Source of the DNA: an uncultured Rhodobacterales bacterium
GTDB lineage: Bacteria > Pseudomonadota > Alphaproteobacteria > Rhodobacterales > Rhodobacteraceae
NCBI GenBank assembly: GCA_964429065.1
Contig: CAYSAZ010000001.1
Coordinates: forward strand, 4,078-68,077
DNA: 64,000 nucleotides
Direction: 5' to 3'
Part shown: piece by piece, positions 10,739-20,319 of the stretch
How the letters are laid out: every line of letters begins with the position of its first letter
How positions within the stretch are numbered: position 1 is the first letter of the stretch
Notes under the pieces: model-generated
What the model saw: the letters and a program-made list of their open reading frames with translations, nothing else
What the model was told of the DNA's origin: nothing
Database searches by the model: none
Program-made: the position numbers and the translations under genes

Positions 10739-11518
10739 ATGAATTTTGCGACAGTAAAACTGGATATTGATTATCGTGGGGTTGCAACGATCACATTGAA
10801 TCGGCCGAGCAAACATAACGCACTGTCTAGTGTGATGATTTCCGAGCTGACAGATATTTGCCATAAACTTGGTGCGGATATCGATGTTCGCGTAGTGGTA
10901 CTTGCTGGTTCCGGCAAGAGTTTTTGTGCTGGTGGCGATCTTTCCTGGATGCAGGAGCAGATGAGCGCGACACGTGCTACGCGCATATCCGAGGCTCGGA
11001 AAATAGCAGAAATGTTGAATGATTTTAACCTGTTGCCCAAGCCAGTTATAGGCAAAATTCATGGAAATGCGTTTGGTGGCGGCGTTGGATTAATATCTGT
11101 CTGTGATAATGTGATAAGTTCGAAAAATGCAAAATTTGGGCTAACAGAAGTTAAATTAGGATTGATACCTGCAACTATTAGCCCTTATGTTATCGCACGG
11201 ATGGGCGAAGGAAAGGCGCGGCAGGTGTTTATGTCAGCACGTATTTTTGATTGCAATAAAGCTCTTGAGTTGGGTTTGGTATCTGAAATTGCCAATGATT
11301 TAGATACGGCCATAGAGGATGAAATATTGCTCTATTTATCGGCAGCGCCACAAGCAATTGCAGCCACGAAAGCTTTGGTTAGAAGTTTGGGGCCTAAAAT
11401 TGACAACCAAGTCATAGACGATACCATTCAGCGTCTAGTCGACACATGGGAGCAAGCAGAAGCGGTTGAGGGTGTCAGCGCATTTTTTGAAAAACGTAAG
11501 GCTAAATGGCAAATTTAA
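10739..11518 (+). CDS. liuC: Methylglutaconyl-CoA hydratase (crotonase family)
   Basis: Internal ATG at 10739 lies 1 nt after the hmgL stop. The 63-codon extension in the ORF track overlaps hmgL. Enoyl-CoA hydratase motifs (FCAGGDL, GNAFGGG). Confidence 0.85.
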   Translation: MNFATVKLDIDYRGVATITLNRPSKHNALSSVMISELTDICHKLGADIDVRVVVLAGSGKSFCAGGDLSWMQEQMSATRATRISEARKIAEMLNDFNLLPKPVIGKIHGNAFGGGVGLISVCDNVISSKNAKFGLTEVKLGLIPATISPYVIARMGEGKARQVFMSARIFDCNKALELGLVSEIANDLDTAIEDEILLYLSAAPQAIAATKALVRSLGPKIDNQVIDDTIQRLVDTWEQAEAVEGVSAFFEKRKAKWQI

Positions 11519-11542
11519 TAGCAGTCTGGATAAGGGATGTTA

Positions 11543-11779
11543 CTATTTTCGCCGCGCCGTTGGTACAATGACCAAGGCTCCAGCTGCACCGATGATGGCG
11601 TCAATACCGGGGCTGCCAAGGCTGAAATGAAACATGACACGGAACATGTAAAACAAGAATACGCCACCAAGGCATATGATGATGCTTGGTAGATAACCGT
11701 TGCGGGTAAAATTCCATTTCTCGGAGACATAGCCGATGATGCCGCCGATAATCATTGAGCCGAAAAATGCGAAAAACAT
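11543..11779 (-). CDS. GlsB/YeaQ/YmgE (transglycosylase-associated) small membrane protein
   Basis: 78 aa, Gly-rich TM segments (GSMIIGGIIGYV, GAAGALVIV). Confidence 0.7.
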   Translation of the reverse strand: MFFAFFGSMIIGGIIGYVSEKWNFTRNGYLPSIIICLGGVFLFYMFRVMFHFSLGSPGIDAIIGAAGALVIVPTARRK

Positions 11780-11832
11780 GGAGTTCCCTTTGGTTGATAA
11801 ACCATACCGCCAGCAGACAATATGCGCAATTG

Positions 11833-12741
11833 TTATTCTAAGGTCGTGCCGCGTGGTGCTTCGTTTCCGCGTAAAAAATCATCAGTATTTTGTGGGGCTT
11901 TACCGGCTTTTTGCACACGCAGCAAACGCACGGCACCTATCTTGCAAGCTATGGTAAGGGCTGAATCAAGCGTGGTACCCGTGGGGCCTTGAGTATCCAC
12001 AACTGAACAGAGCAGTGCTTTGATACGGATGCCATTCAGGGTAAACCAAGCGCCGGGAAAGGGGGAAATTGCGCGGATCAGACGGTCAATTTCAGTCGCG
12101 GGTTTCTGCCAATCAATTTTGGCCTCGGATTTGGCAATTTTGGCGGCATATGTCACGCCATCTGCGGGTTGTGGAGCCGGCGTGAGGCAATCCAGATTTT
12201 CCAGCGTGTTAACTATTAATTCTGCGCCCATATTGGCAAGGCGGTTATGCAGGCTATGGCTGGTATCATCCTGCGTAATCGGCGTGGTAGCACGGGTCAA
12301 AACCGGGCCAGTATCGAGGCCAGCGGCCATCTGCATAATGCAAACGCCAGTTTTAGCATCACCAGCCATGATGGCGCGCTGAATGGGTGCGGCACCACGC
12401 CAGCGCGGCAGGAGGGATGCGTGAATATTAATGCACCCACGTGTTGGAGCGTCCAGGATGGCCTGCGGTAAAATTAGGCCGTAGGCGACAACGATAGCAA
12501 GTTCTGCGTTAAGGTTTGAAAAAGCTTGTTGATCTGATTTATCCTTAAAGTTCAATGGATAACGAACCATCAGGCCCAGGGATTCTGCGTGCAATTGTAC
12601 AGGGCTTGGGCGCAGTTTTTTGCCGCGACCAGCGGGGCGGGGAGGTTGGGTATAGACGCAAACGACCTCATGCCCCGCGCTGACAAGGGCGTCGAGTACC
12701 GGCACAGAAAAATCAGGCGTTCCCATGAAAATTATCCGCAT
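11833..12741 (-). CDS. fmt: Methionyl-tRNA formyltransferase
   Basis: [17 protein letters not shown]-terminus, [15 protein letters not shown] motif. Sits downstream of def. Confidence 0.92.
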   Translation of the reverse strand: MRIIFMGTPDFSVPVLDALVSAGHEVVCVYTQPPRPAGRGKKLRPSPVQLHAESLGLMVRYPLNFKDKSDQQAFSNLNAELAIVVAYGLILPQAILDAPTRGCINIHASLLPRWRGAAPIQRAIMAGDAKTGVCIMQMAAGLDTGPVLTRATTPITQDDTSHSLHNRLANMGAELIVNTLENLDCLTPAPQPADGVTYAAKIAKSEAKIDWQKPATEIDRLIRAISPFPGAWFTLNGIRIKALLCSVVDTQGPTGTTLDSALTIACKIGAVRLLRVQKAGKAPQNTDDFLRGNEAPRGTTLE

Positions 12742-13244
12742 CAGCCCCTCCGCCGCATGTTTTTTGCGTGTTTTGCCAGCAACATTTTCCGTTTTAGCGG
12801 CTTTAGGTGATCTACAAATATTTTACCGTTCAGATGGTCGATCTGGTGCTGCACTGAGGTTGCCCACAGGTTCACAAACTCACGTTCAACAATTTCATCA
12901 TTTTCATCCATAAACCGAACAGTTACGGCGCGTGGCCGGGTGATTTTTGCGGATAACTCAGGGATATTTGGGCTGGCCTCATCATGGGTGCGAAACATGG
13001 CCGAGGCGTGAATGATTTCAGGATTTGCCATACGAATGGGGCGGTTGTGCGCGGCCGAACAATCGACAACGGCCAAGCGTATGGTTTCTCCGATTTGCGG
13101 GGCGGCCAGCCCGACGCCGGGCATGGCGTACATGGCCGTTAACATATCCTCCCAAAGCGCGCGCACTGTGTCGTTAATTTCGTTAACCGGCGGGCAGATG
13201 GTTTTCAGCCGCCGGTCGGGATAGATAAGAAACGGTCTAGGCAC
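12741..13244 (-). CDS. Peptide deformylase-like paralog with substituted catalytic residues
   Basis: Motif 1 is present ([10 protein letters not shown]). Motif 2 EGCLS reads EASPN (Cys to Ser). Motif 3 HExxH reads HQIDH (Glu to Gln). Overlaps def by 8 nt and fmt by 1 nt. Confidence 0.8.
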   Translation of the reverse strand: MPRPFLIYPDRRLKTICPPVNEINDTVRALWEDMLTAMYAMPGVGLAAPQIGETIRLAVVDCSAAHNRPIRMANPEIIHASAMFRTHDEASPNIPELSAKITRPRAVTVRFMDENDEIVEREFVNLWATSVQHQIDHLNGKIFVDHLKPLKRKMLLAKHAKNMRRRG

Positions 13245-13764
13245 GGGTGCGTTCTTTTTTGAGTTTTTTCATCTTATTGGTGATCATGGCGCGTTTGACC
13301 TTACTAAGGTAGTCGATAAACAGAACGCCGCTTAAGTGATCCAGTTCATGCTGTGTTGCGGTCGCATAAAGCGCCTCGTATTCATCCTCATGTTGCTGGC
13401 CATCAAGCCCCAGATATGAGATGCGCACCATCTCAGGGCGGGTGATTTCCTCATATATATCCGGGATCGAGAGGCAACCTTCCTCATAGGTGTTAAGCGT
13501 CTCGGACTGCCAGGTAATGTTGGGGTTTATCAACACCATAGGGTCAGGTGTGCCTTCTTTATCGGCGCAATCAATAACAAAAATTTGTTTCATGACACCG
13601 ATTTGCGGCCCCGCAAGACCAACGCCGGGCGCGTCATACATCGTTTCCAACATGTCATCGGCCAACGTGCGGATTTTAGCATCGACACTGGCCACAGGTT
13701 CGCAGACCTTTTTCAGGCGTGGGTCGGGGTGAATAAGGATGTTTCGCAATGTCATGTGGGGCAT
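13237..13764 (-). CDS. def: Peptide deformylase (canonical)
   Basis: GVGLAGPQIG, EGCLSIP and HELDH are all intact. An alternative ATG at 13755 is possible. Confidence 0.92.
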   Translation of the reverse strand: MPHMTLRNILIHPDPRLKKVCEPVASVDAKIRTLADDMLETMYDAPGVGLAGPQIGVMKQIFVIDCADKEGTPDPMVLINPNITWQSETLNTYEEGCLSIPDIYEEITRPEMVRISYLGLDGQQHEDEYEALYATATQHELDHLSGVLFIDYLSKVKRAMITNKMKKLKKERTRA

Positions 13765-13851
13765 TTAAGCGATGTTCAGGATTGGTGCAAGGTTTGCTAT
13801 TGAAGCGGGCGTTTAAACGGGTAGATTACATCGGGTAAACTGGGGGGAACC

Positions 13852-15024
13852 ATGACAGATTTTGACGAAATAATCGAGCGCCGCAACACCCATTCTGCAA
13901 AGTGGGATGTCATGGAGGCGCTTTACGGCGTCTCACCTGATGACGGGATTTCCATGTGGGTGGCTGATATGGATTTCAAGCCGCCCCAAGCGGTAAGCGA
14001 TGCGCTGCAAAATATGGTTGATCACGGGGTTTATGGCTATTACGGGCAGGACGGAAGTTATCGGAATGCGATTTGCGGCTGGATGGCCCGGCACCATAAT
14101 TGGCAGGTCGATCCGGCGTGGATTTTCACCACACATGGTTTGGTTAATGGCACAGCGCTTTGTGTGCAAACCTATACAAATGAGGGCGACGGGGTGATCC
14201 TTTTTACGCCTGTATATCATGCTTTTGCCCGCGTTATTTCGGCCAATAACCGTCAGATTGTTGAAAGTGAGCTGGTGGAGAAAGACGGGCGCTACGAGAT
14301 GGATTTGCCCGCCCTTGCAGCACAGCTTACGGGTGATGAGAAAATGGTTGTCCTCTGCTCTCCGCATAATCCCGGCGGGCGGGTTTGGTCGCGCGCTGAG
14401 CTGCGGGAACTGGCGGATTTTTGTGTGGTGCATGATTTGATTTTGCTCTCTGATGAAATTCACCATGATCTGGTTTTTACCGGGACTAAGCATACGGTCA
14501 TATCTTTGGCTGCACCCGATATTATAGAGCGTTTGCTGGTTCTGACGGCACCATCAAAAACATTCAATATAGCCGGTGGTCATACGGGGAATGTGATTAT
14601 TCAAGATCCGGAATTACGCGCGAAATTCGCTAAAACCATGGGGGCAAACGGTATGTCTGGCAACAGTTTTGGTCTGGCGATGACCGAAGCGGCCTATACC
14701 CATGGCGATGATTGGCTGGTGGATTTACGTGACTACCTTGCGGAAAACATGCGAATTTTTGATGCAGGGATCAATGCTATTCCCGGGCTGAAATCCATGC
14801 GGCTTGAGGCGACATATTTGGCCTGGGTGGATTTTTCCGGTACCGGAATGGATGTGCGCGAATATACGGACCGTATTGAAAAACAGGCCAGGATTGCGGC
14901 AAATTATGGGCCAACATTTGGGAGCGGCGGGGCTGGGTATTTGCGGTTCAATCTAGGGACAAGACGCGCGTTGGTCGTGGAGGCCGTTGCCCGCATCACG
15001 GCGGCTTTTAGTGATTTACAATAA
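13852..15024 (+). CDS. MalY/PatB-family PLP-dependent C-S lyase (cystathionine beta-lyase-like aminotransferase)
   Basis: 390 aa class I/II aminotransferase fold. N-terminal RRNTHSAKWD signature of PatB/MalY. SKTFNIAG PLP-lysine region. Confidence 0.8.
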   Translation: MTDFDEIIERRNTHSAKWDVMEALYGVSPDDGISMWVADMDFKPPQAVSDALQNMVDHGVYGYYGQDGSYRNAICGWMARHHNWQVDPAWIFTTHGLVNGTALCVQTYTNEGDGVILFTPVYHAFARVISANNRQIVESELVEKDGRYEMDLPALAAQLTGDEKMVVLCSPHNPGGRVWSRAELRELADFCVVHDLILLSDEIHHDLVFTGTKHTVISLAAPDIIERLLVLTAPSKTFNIAGGHTGNVIIQDPELRAKFAKTMGANGMSGNSFGLAMTEAAYTHGDDWLVDLRDYLAENMRIFDAGINAIPGLKSMRLEATYLAWVDFSGTGMDVREYTDRIEKQARIAANYGPTFGSGGAGYLRFNLGTRRALVVEAVARITAAFSDLQ

Positions 15025-15075
15025 CGCGGTTACGATCTCCATTGCACTTGCACAAAATGGCCGTAAGGTAGCGCC

Positions 15076-16323
15076 ATGAGCAAATTACATTTATCTGACA
15101 GAGCCATCTGGTTAAGTCGGCACACACCGCCCCATGTTGTCACCCTCGTCCTATTGGCTAGCGTCTCGGCGCTGAATATGAATATATTTTTACCGTCTTT
15201 GCCCGGAATGGCCACGTATTTCGACGCCGAATACAGTTTTATGATGTTGGCGATTTCGGCATATCTTGCGATTACGGCGGTGTTGCAACTGGTCATCGGA
15301 CCGTTATCTGACCGTTATGGGCGGCGGATGGTTTTACTGTGGTCTTTGAGTATATTTCTATTGGCGACACTTGGCTGTATTTTGTCACCGAGCGCCGAAG
15401 TTTTCTTGTTTTTTAGAATGTTTCAAGGGGCAGTTGCTGCAGGTATGGTTTTGTCACGTGCGATTGTCCGTGACATGGTGAAACCTAGTGAAGCGGCAAG
15501 TATGATCGGTTATATCACCATGGGCATGTCCGTGGTGCCGATGCTGGGGCCGGTGCTGGGGGGCTATTTACAACAGCATTTTGGCTGGCAAAGTTCCTTC
15601 ACGCTGGTGCTGGTTTTCGGCCTGATGGTTACATGGTTAGTCTGGGCTGATCTGGGGGAAACGAATACGACCAAATCATCCAGTTTCAAGGCGCAGTTCA
15701 AAGCTTATCCCGAACTTATCCGCTCACGACGGTTCTGGGGCTATGCGCTGAGCGCCGGGTTTGCCGCAGGTGCATTTTTTGCGTTTCTGGGGGGCGCGCC
15801 GTTTGTGGCCTCTATTGTGTTGGGGTTGGATCCGGCGGAACTTGGTCTTTATTTTATCTTTATCTCGGCAGGCTATATGGCAGGGAATTATTTGTCCGGG
15901 CGATTTTCCCGTCGCGTGGGCTTAAATCAGATGATGTTATATGGGGGTATTATTGGCTCTGCCGGTATGGCGCTGACGCTTGTGTTGTTTTATGCAGGTT
16001 TTGAAACTCCGTTGGCATTTTTCGGAACCATGAGCATTCTTGGCATTGGCAACGGTATGACCCTGCCTAATGCCAACGCTGGAATCGTGTCTGTGCGCCC
16101 CCATTTGGCAGGTAGCGCCTCGGGGCTGGGTGGCGCGGTTTTGATCGGCGGTGGTGCCGGGCTTTCGGCGATTGGCGGGGGATTATTAACCGCCGAGAGC
16201 GGGGCTTATCCGTTGTTATACCTGATGCTGGCCTCGTCGCTTTTGTCCGTGGTTATCAGCTTATATGTTATATATGTGGCGCGCAGTGCAGGTGAATTGG
16301 GTGAAGACGGGTTTGATGATTGA
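15076..16323 (+). CDS. MFS transporter, Bcr/CflA drug-efflux-like
   Basis: 415 aa, about 12 TM. GPLSDRYGRR motif between TM2 and TM3. Confidence 0.8.
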   Translation: MSKLHLSDRAIWLSRHTPPHVVTLVLLASVSALNMNIFLPSLPGMATYFDAEYSFMMLAISAYLAITAVLQLVIGPLSDRYGRRMVLLWSLSIFLLATLGCILSPSAEVFLFFRMFQGAVAAGMVLSRAIVRDMVKPSEAASMIGYITMGMSVVPMLGPVLGGYLQQHFGWQSSFTLVLVFGLMVTWLVWADLGETNTTKSSSFKAQFKAYPELIRSRRFWGYALSAGFAAGAFFAFLGGAPFVASIVLGLDPAELGLYFIFISAGYMAGNYLSGRFSRRVGLNQMMLYGGIIGSAGMALTLVLFYAGFETPLAFFGTMSILGIGNGMTLPNANAGIVSVRPHLAGSASGLGGAVLIGGGAGLSAIGGGLLTAESGAYPLLYLMLASSLLSVVISLYVIYVARSAGELGEDGFDD

Positions 16324-16391
16324 CATGGGCGCGTAATATTGTGATGAGTTCTGCAAGATAAATGTAACATAATTATACGAAGGTTCTTCGC

Positions 16392-17348
16392 ATGAGCTTT
16401 AAAATTCAACCTGCCGCCCCTGCACGCCCTAATCGTTGCCAACTTTTTGGCCCTGGTTCACGGCCGGAAATTTTCCCCAAAATGGCGCTTAGTGCTGCAG
16501 ATGTGATTAATCTTGATCTGGAGGATTCGGTTAGCCCTGCGGATAAAGATCTGGCGCGTCAAAATATCATTGAGGCCGTGAATACCATTGACTGGGGGCA
16601 AAAAACCCTTTCGGTCAGGATCAATGGTTTGGATACAGAATTCTGGTATCGCGACGTGATTGAACTGCTGGAACAGACAGGGGGGCGTCTTGATCAGATC
16701 ATGATCCCCAAGGTTGGTAATGCGGGGGATATTTATGCCGTTGATGCGTTGGTCAGTGCCGTGGAGATGGCCAAGGGGCGCACAAAACCGATAAATTTTG
16801 AGGTGATAATCGAAACGGCGGCGGGTCTTTCCCATGTTGAAGAAATTGCGGCCGCCAGCCCGCGAATGGTTGCAATGAGCCTCGGTGCTGCCGATTATGC
16901 AGCAAGCATGGGCATGCAAACCACAGGTATCGGGGGCACGCAGGAAAATTACTATATGCTTGACGGGGATACGCACCATGTGGCCGACCCTTGGCATGCA
17001 CCCATTGTCGCTATCGTGGCGGCGTGTCGCACCCATGGTCTGTTGCCGGTTGACGGGCCGTTCGGGGATTTTTCGGATGATGCCGGTTTTACAGCGCAAG
17101 CGCGACGTTCAGCCACCTTGGGTATGGTTGGCAAATGGGCAATTCACCCTAAACAAATCGCGCTTGCCAATACGGTTTTCACCCCGTCCACGGCGCAAAT
17201 CACCGAAGCGCAAGAGATATTAGCCGCCATGGAGGTCGCTAAATCCGAAGGGCAGGGAGCTGCCGTTTACAAGGGGCGTCTGGTCGATCTTGCGTCCATC
17301 AGACAGGCAGAGGGTATTGTCAAACAGGCAGAACTGATAAATACTTAG
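16392..17348 (+). CDS. mcl1: L-malyl-CoA/beta-methylmalyl-CoA lyase (HpcH/HpaI/CitE fold)
   Basis: 318 aa. The N-terminus MSFKIQPAAPARPNRCQLFGPGSRP and the downstream sequence closely resemble Rhodobacter Mcl1 as I recall it. Confidence 0.82.
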   Translation: MSFKIQPAAPARPNRCQLFGPGSRPEIFPKMALSAADVINLDLEDSVSPADKDLARQNIIEAVNTIDWGQKTLSVRINGLDTEFWYRDVIELLEQTGGRLDQIMIPKVGNAGDIYAVDALVSAVEMAKGRTKPINFEVIIETAAGLSHVEEIAAASPRMVAMSLGAADYAASMGMQTTGIGGTQENYYMLDGDTHHVADPWHAPIVAIVAACRTHGLLPVDGPFGDFSDDAGFTAQARRSATLGMVGKWAIHPKQIALANTVFTPSTAQITEAQEILAAMEVAKSEGQGAAVYKGRLVDLASIRQAEGIVKQAELINT

Positions 17349-17374
17349 GAAAACACCTAACGAAAGTATTTGCC

Positions 17375-18220
17375 ATGAAACAGACGATATTCTTAATTGC
17401 CAGCCTATTAACGATGATCAGTGCCGCCGCTTTCGCGCAGGAAATCGATTTTGGCGATGATAGCGGCGATGTGGTTGATGAAATTTGCGACGACCGCCGT
17501 TTTGAAGGCACGGGCATGGAATTGGAACTAGGCTGGAAGCTTGTCGGGCGCGATGCCAGTGATTGTAGCGCCGCCTATTCAGCGGGCACCATCAGTCTGT
17601 GGGATTTAACCGCGAGGGTTGCAGGTACAGATTGCCAAGCCATTAATTTTGGTGATGATAGTTCGGAATATGCCGATGACGGTGCATGTGATGATCCACG
17701 ATTTGAAGGTTTCGGGTCAGCTGAACGCCCAGGTGAGGAACATTTGGGTAAAGACGCCAGTGATTGCCAAAAATTATGCAATTACCGTATGGTTTTCTTG
17801 CGTGAAACTGCTCCTGTAGATATTCCTGAACCCGAAGTGCAAGACCCGCTTTATGGCGATAACAGCAGCGAATATTCTAAAGATGGCGAATGTGATGACC
17901 GGCGTTTCTTTGGCGCAGGCATGGCCGATGTTTTGCGCTGGAGTTCGGTTGGACGGGATGCTGAAGATTGTCGCGAAGCCCATGAAAGCGGCAGGATCAC
18001 GCTTTGGGATCCGGCTGTTGCGGCAGTGCAAACCAGTTGTGACGCGATTGATTTTGGCACGAACGCGTCGGAATATGCCGATGATGGCACCTGTGATGAC
18101 ATGCGTTTTGAGGGGCGCGGCGCCGCCGCATCGCTTACAACAGGGGAGGAAAAACGGGACGCGAATGATTGTCAGAAACTTTGCGGTTATGGCATGATTT
18201 TTGTGCGTGAAACGGAATAA
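17375..18220 (+). CDS. Secreted Cys-rich protein built from four internal repeats (A-B-A-B), unknown function
   Basis: Signal peptide MKQTIFLIASLLTMISAAAFA/QE. Recurring FGDDSxEYxxDGxCDDxRFxGxG ... (G)RDAxDC units. 12 Cys in the mature protein. Confidence 0.75.
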   Translation: MKQTIFLIASLLTMISAAAFAQEIDFGDDSGDVVDEICDDRRFEGTGMELELGWKLVGRDASDCSAAYSAGTISLWDLTARVAGTDCQAINFGDDSSEYADDGACDDPRFEGFGSAERPGEEHLGKDASDCQKLCNYRMVFLRETAPVDIPEPEVQDPLYGDNSSEYSKDGECDDRRFFGAGMADVLRWSSVGRDAEDCREAHESGRITLWDPAVAAVQTSCDAIDFGTNASEYADDGTCDDMRFEGRGAAASLTTGEEKRDANDCQKLCGYGMIFVRETE

Positions 18221-18320
18221 TACTCGGTCGTCTGCCGGGTAATTCAAGCACGCTACCCGTTGCAATTCCTGCGCAACGCCGCCATATAACTGTGCGAAGA
18301 TGTCCACGGGGAAAGTAATC

Positions 18321-19280
18321 ATGCAAAACTATCTCGAATTTGAAAAACCGCTTGCCGAAATCGAAGGTAAGGCCGAGGAATTGCGGGCAATGGCGCGCCA
18401 AAACGAAGAGATGGACGTTACCAAAGAGGCAGCCGCACTCGACAAAAAAGCGGAAAAACTGCTTAAAGATTTGTATGCCGATCTTTCTGCTTGGCGTAAA
18501 TGTCAGGTCGCGCGCCACCCAGATCGCCCTCATTGCAAGGATTATATCGAGGCATTGTTTAGCGAATATACCCCGCTGGCAGGGGATCGGAATTTTGCCG
18601 ATGATCATGCTGTGATGGGGGGGCTTGCGCGATTTAACGACCAGCCGGTGATGGTGATTGGTCATGAACGCGGCCATGACACCAAATCGCGGATCAAACA
18701 TAATTTTGGCATGGCCCGCCCCGAGGGCTATCGCAAAGCTATTCGTCTGATGGATATGGCTGATCGGTTTGGTCTGCCTATTATCACACTGATTGATACC
18801 CAAGGTGCTTTTCCCGGCAAGGGGGCTGAAGAACGTGGCCAGTCTGAAGCTATTGCGCGATCTACCGAGAAATGCCTGCAGGTTTCAGTGCCGCTGATCG
18901 CAATTATTATTGGTGAGGGGGGGTCCGGCGGTGCTGTGGCTTTCGCTACTGGCGATCGTTTGGCGATGTTGGAGCATTCAATTTATTCGGTGATCTCACC
19001 CGAAGGCTGTGCCTCGATTTTGTGGAAAGATGCGACCAAAATGCGTGAAGCTGCGGATGCTTTGCGCCTGACAGCGCAGGATTTGAACAAACTTGGCATT
19101 GCAGATCACGTTATCCCTGAACCGGTTGGCGGGGCGCAACGTGGCCAGAAACAAACGATAGAATCTGTGGGCAAAGCGATTGAAAAATTGCTGACAGAAC
19201 TGGGTAAAACAAAACCGGATGAACTGCGCGCAGCGCGGCGTCAAAAATATCTGGATATGGGCAGTAAGGCGTTAGTTTAA
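18321..19280 (+). CDS. accA: Acetyl-CoA carboxylase carboxyltransferase alpha subunit
   Basis: [17 protein letters not shown] is a typical AccA start, with GGGGAAAG upstream. The ORF-track start at 18300 is also possible. Confidence 0.9.
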   Translation: MQNYLEFEKPLAEIEGKAEELRAMARQNEEMDVTKEAAALDKKAEKLLKDLYADLSAWRKCQVARHPDRPHCKDYIEALFSEYTPLAGDRNFADDHAVMGGLARFNDQPVMVIGHERGHDTKSRIKHNFGMARPEGYRKAIRLMDMADRFGLPIITLIDTQGAFPGKGAEERGQSEAIARSTEKCLQVSVPLIAIIIGEGGSGGAVAFATGDRLAMLEHSIYSVISPEGCASILWKDATKMREAADALRLTAQDLNKLGIADHVIPEPVGGAQRGQKQTIESVGKAIEKLLTELGKTKPDELRAARRQKYLDMGSKALV

Positions 19281-20152
19281 CGTGTGGGCACGGGTGTTTC
19301 CCCGCGATAGTCGTAAAATCCCCGGTCTGATTTTCGCCCTAACCACCCGGCCTCGACATATTTTACCAGTAATGGGCAGGGGCGGTATTTGGTGTCCGCC
19401 AGCCCCTCGTGCAACACATTCATAATTGCCAGACAGGTGTCCAGACCAATGAAATCCGCCAGCTCCAGCGGCCCCATGGGATGATTGGCGCCAAGCTTTA
19501 ACGAGGTGTCAATGCTCTCAACGGTACCGACGCCTTCATAAAGGGTATAAACCGCCTCGTTGATCATCGGCATCAGGATACGATTAACGATGAAGGCCGG
19601 AAAATCCTCGGCGCTGGCGGAGGTTTTACCAAGGCGTTCAACAACCTTTTTCAAGGTTTGATAGGTCGCATCATCGGTTGCAATTCCGCGAATAAGTTCA
19701 ACGAGTTGCATGATCGGCACCGGGTTCATAAAATGGAATCCCATGAACTTTTCCGGGCGGTCTGTGGCGGCGGCCAGACGGGTGATTGAGATCGACGAGG
19801 TGTTTGATGTAAGGATCGTATGAGGGGCCAAATGGGGCGCAAGACTGGCAAAAATCTGGTGTTTAACCGCCTCTTTTTCTGTTGCTGCCTCAATTACGAG
19901 GTCAAGGGTGCCCAGCGTTGCGATATCGGTTTCAAGGTGGATGCGCGATAAAGCTGCATTTTGATCGGACGCGGAAATTTTGCCGCGCGCGACCTGACGA
20001 GCGATATTTTTTGTAATTATGTCCTTGCAATCATCTAAAGCATCGGCGGAAATATCATTAATAACAACGGTGTAACCCGCAAGAGCAAACACATGTGCAA
20101 TCCCGTTTCCCATCTGCCCGGCACCGATTATGCCAACCTTTTTGATCTCCAT
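19277..20152 (-). CDS. hbd: 3-hydroxybutyryl-CoA / 3-hydroxyacyl-CoA dehydrogenase
   Basis: [20 protein letters not shown] Rossmann N-terminus. Stop codon overlaps the accA stop (TTAA). Confidence 0.88.
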   Translation of the reverse strand: MEIKKVGIIGAGQMGNGIAHVFALAGYTVVINDISADALDDCKDIITKNIARQVARGKISASDQNAALSRIHLETDIATLGTLDLVIEAATEKEAVKHQIFASLAPHLAPHTILTSNTSSISITRLAAATDRPEKFMGFHFMNPVPIMQLVELIRGIATDDATYQTLKKVVERLGKTSASAEDFPAFIVNRILMPMINEAVYTLYEGVGTVESIDTSLKLGANHPMGPLELADFIGLDTCLAIMNVLHEGLADTKYRPCPLLVKYVEAGWLGRKSDRGFYDYRGETPVPTR

Positions 20153-20319
20153 GATATGTAATGCTCCTTGTAAAATTCTCAGCAAACATATGCTGGGGCA
20201 GCTAAGCGGTGCAAGTTGTTAATCAATTCACCTTCAAAATTAACACCCCCTTAAGATAAACCTGAAAATCTCTGCTACGGGCCAGAATCACTGGTTTTGT
20301 AAATAGTGAGGGAAACACC

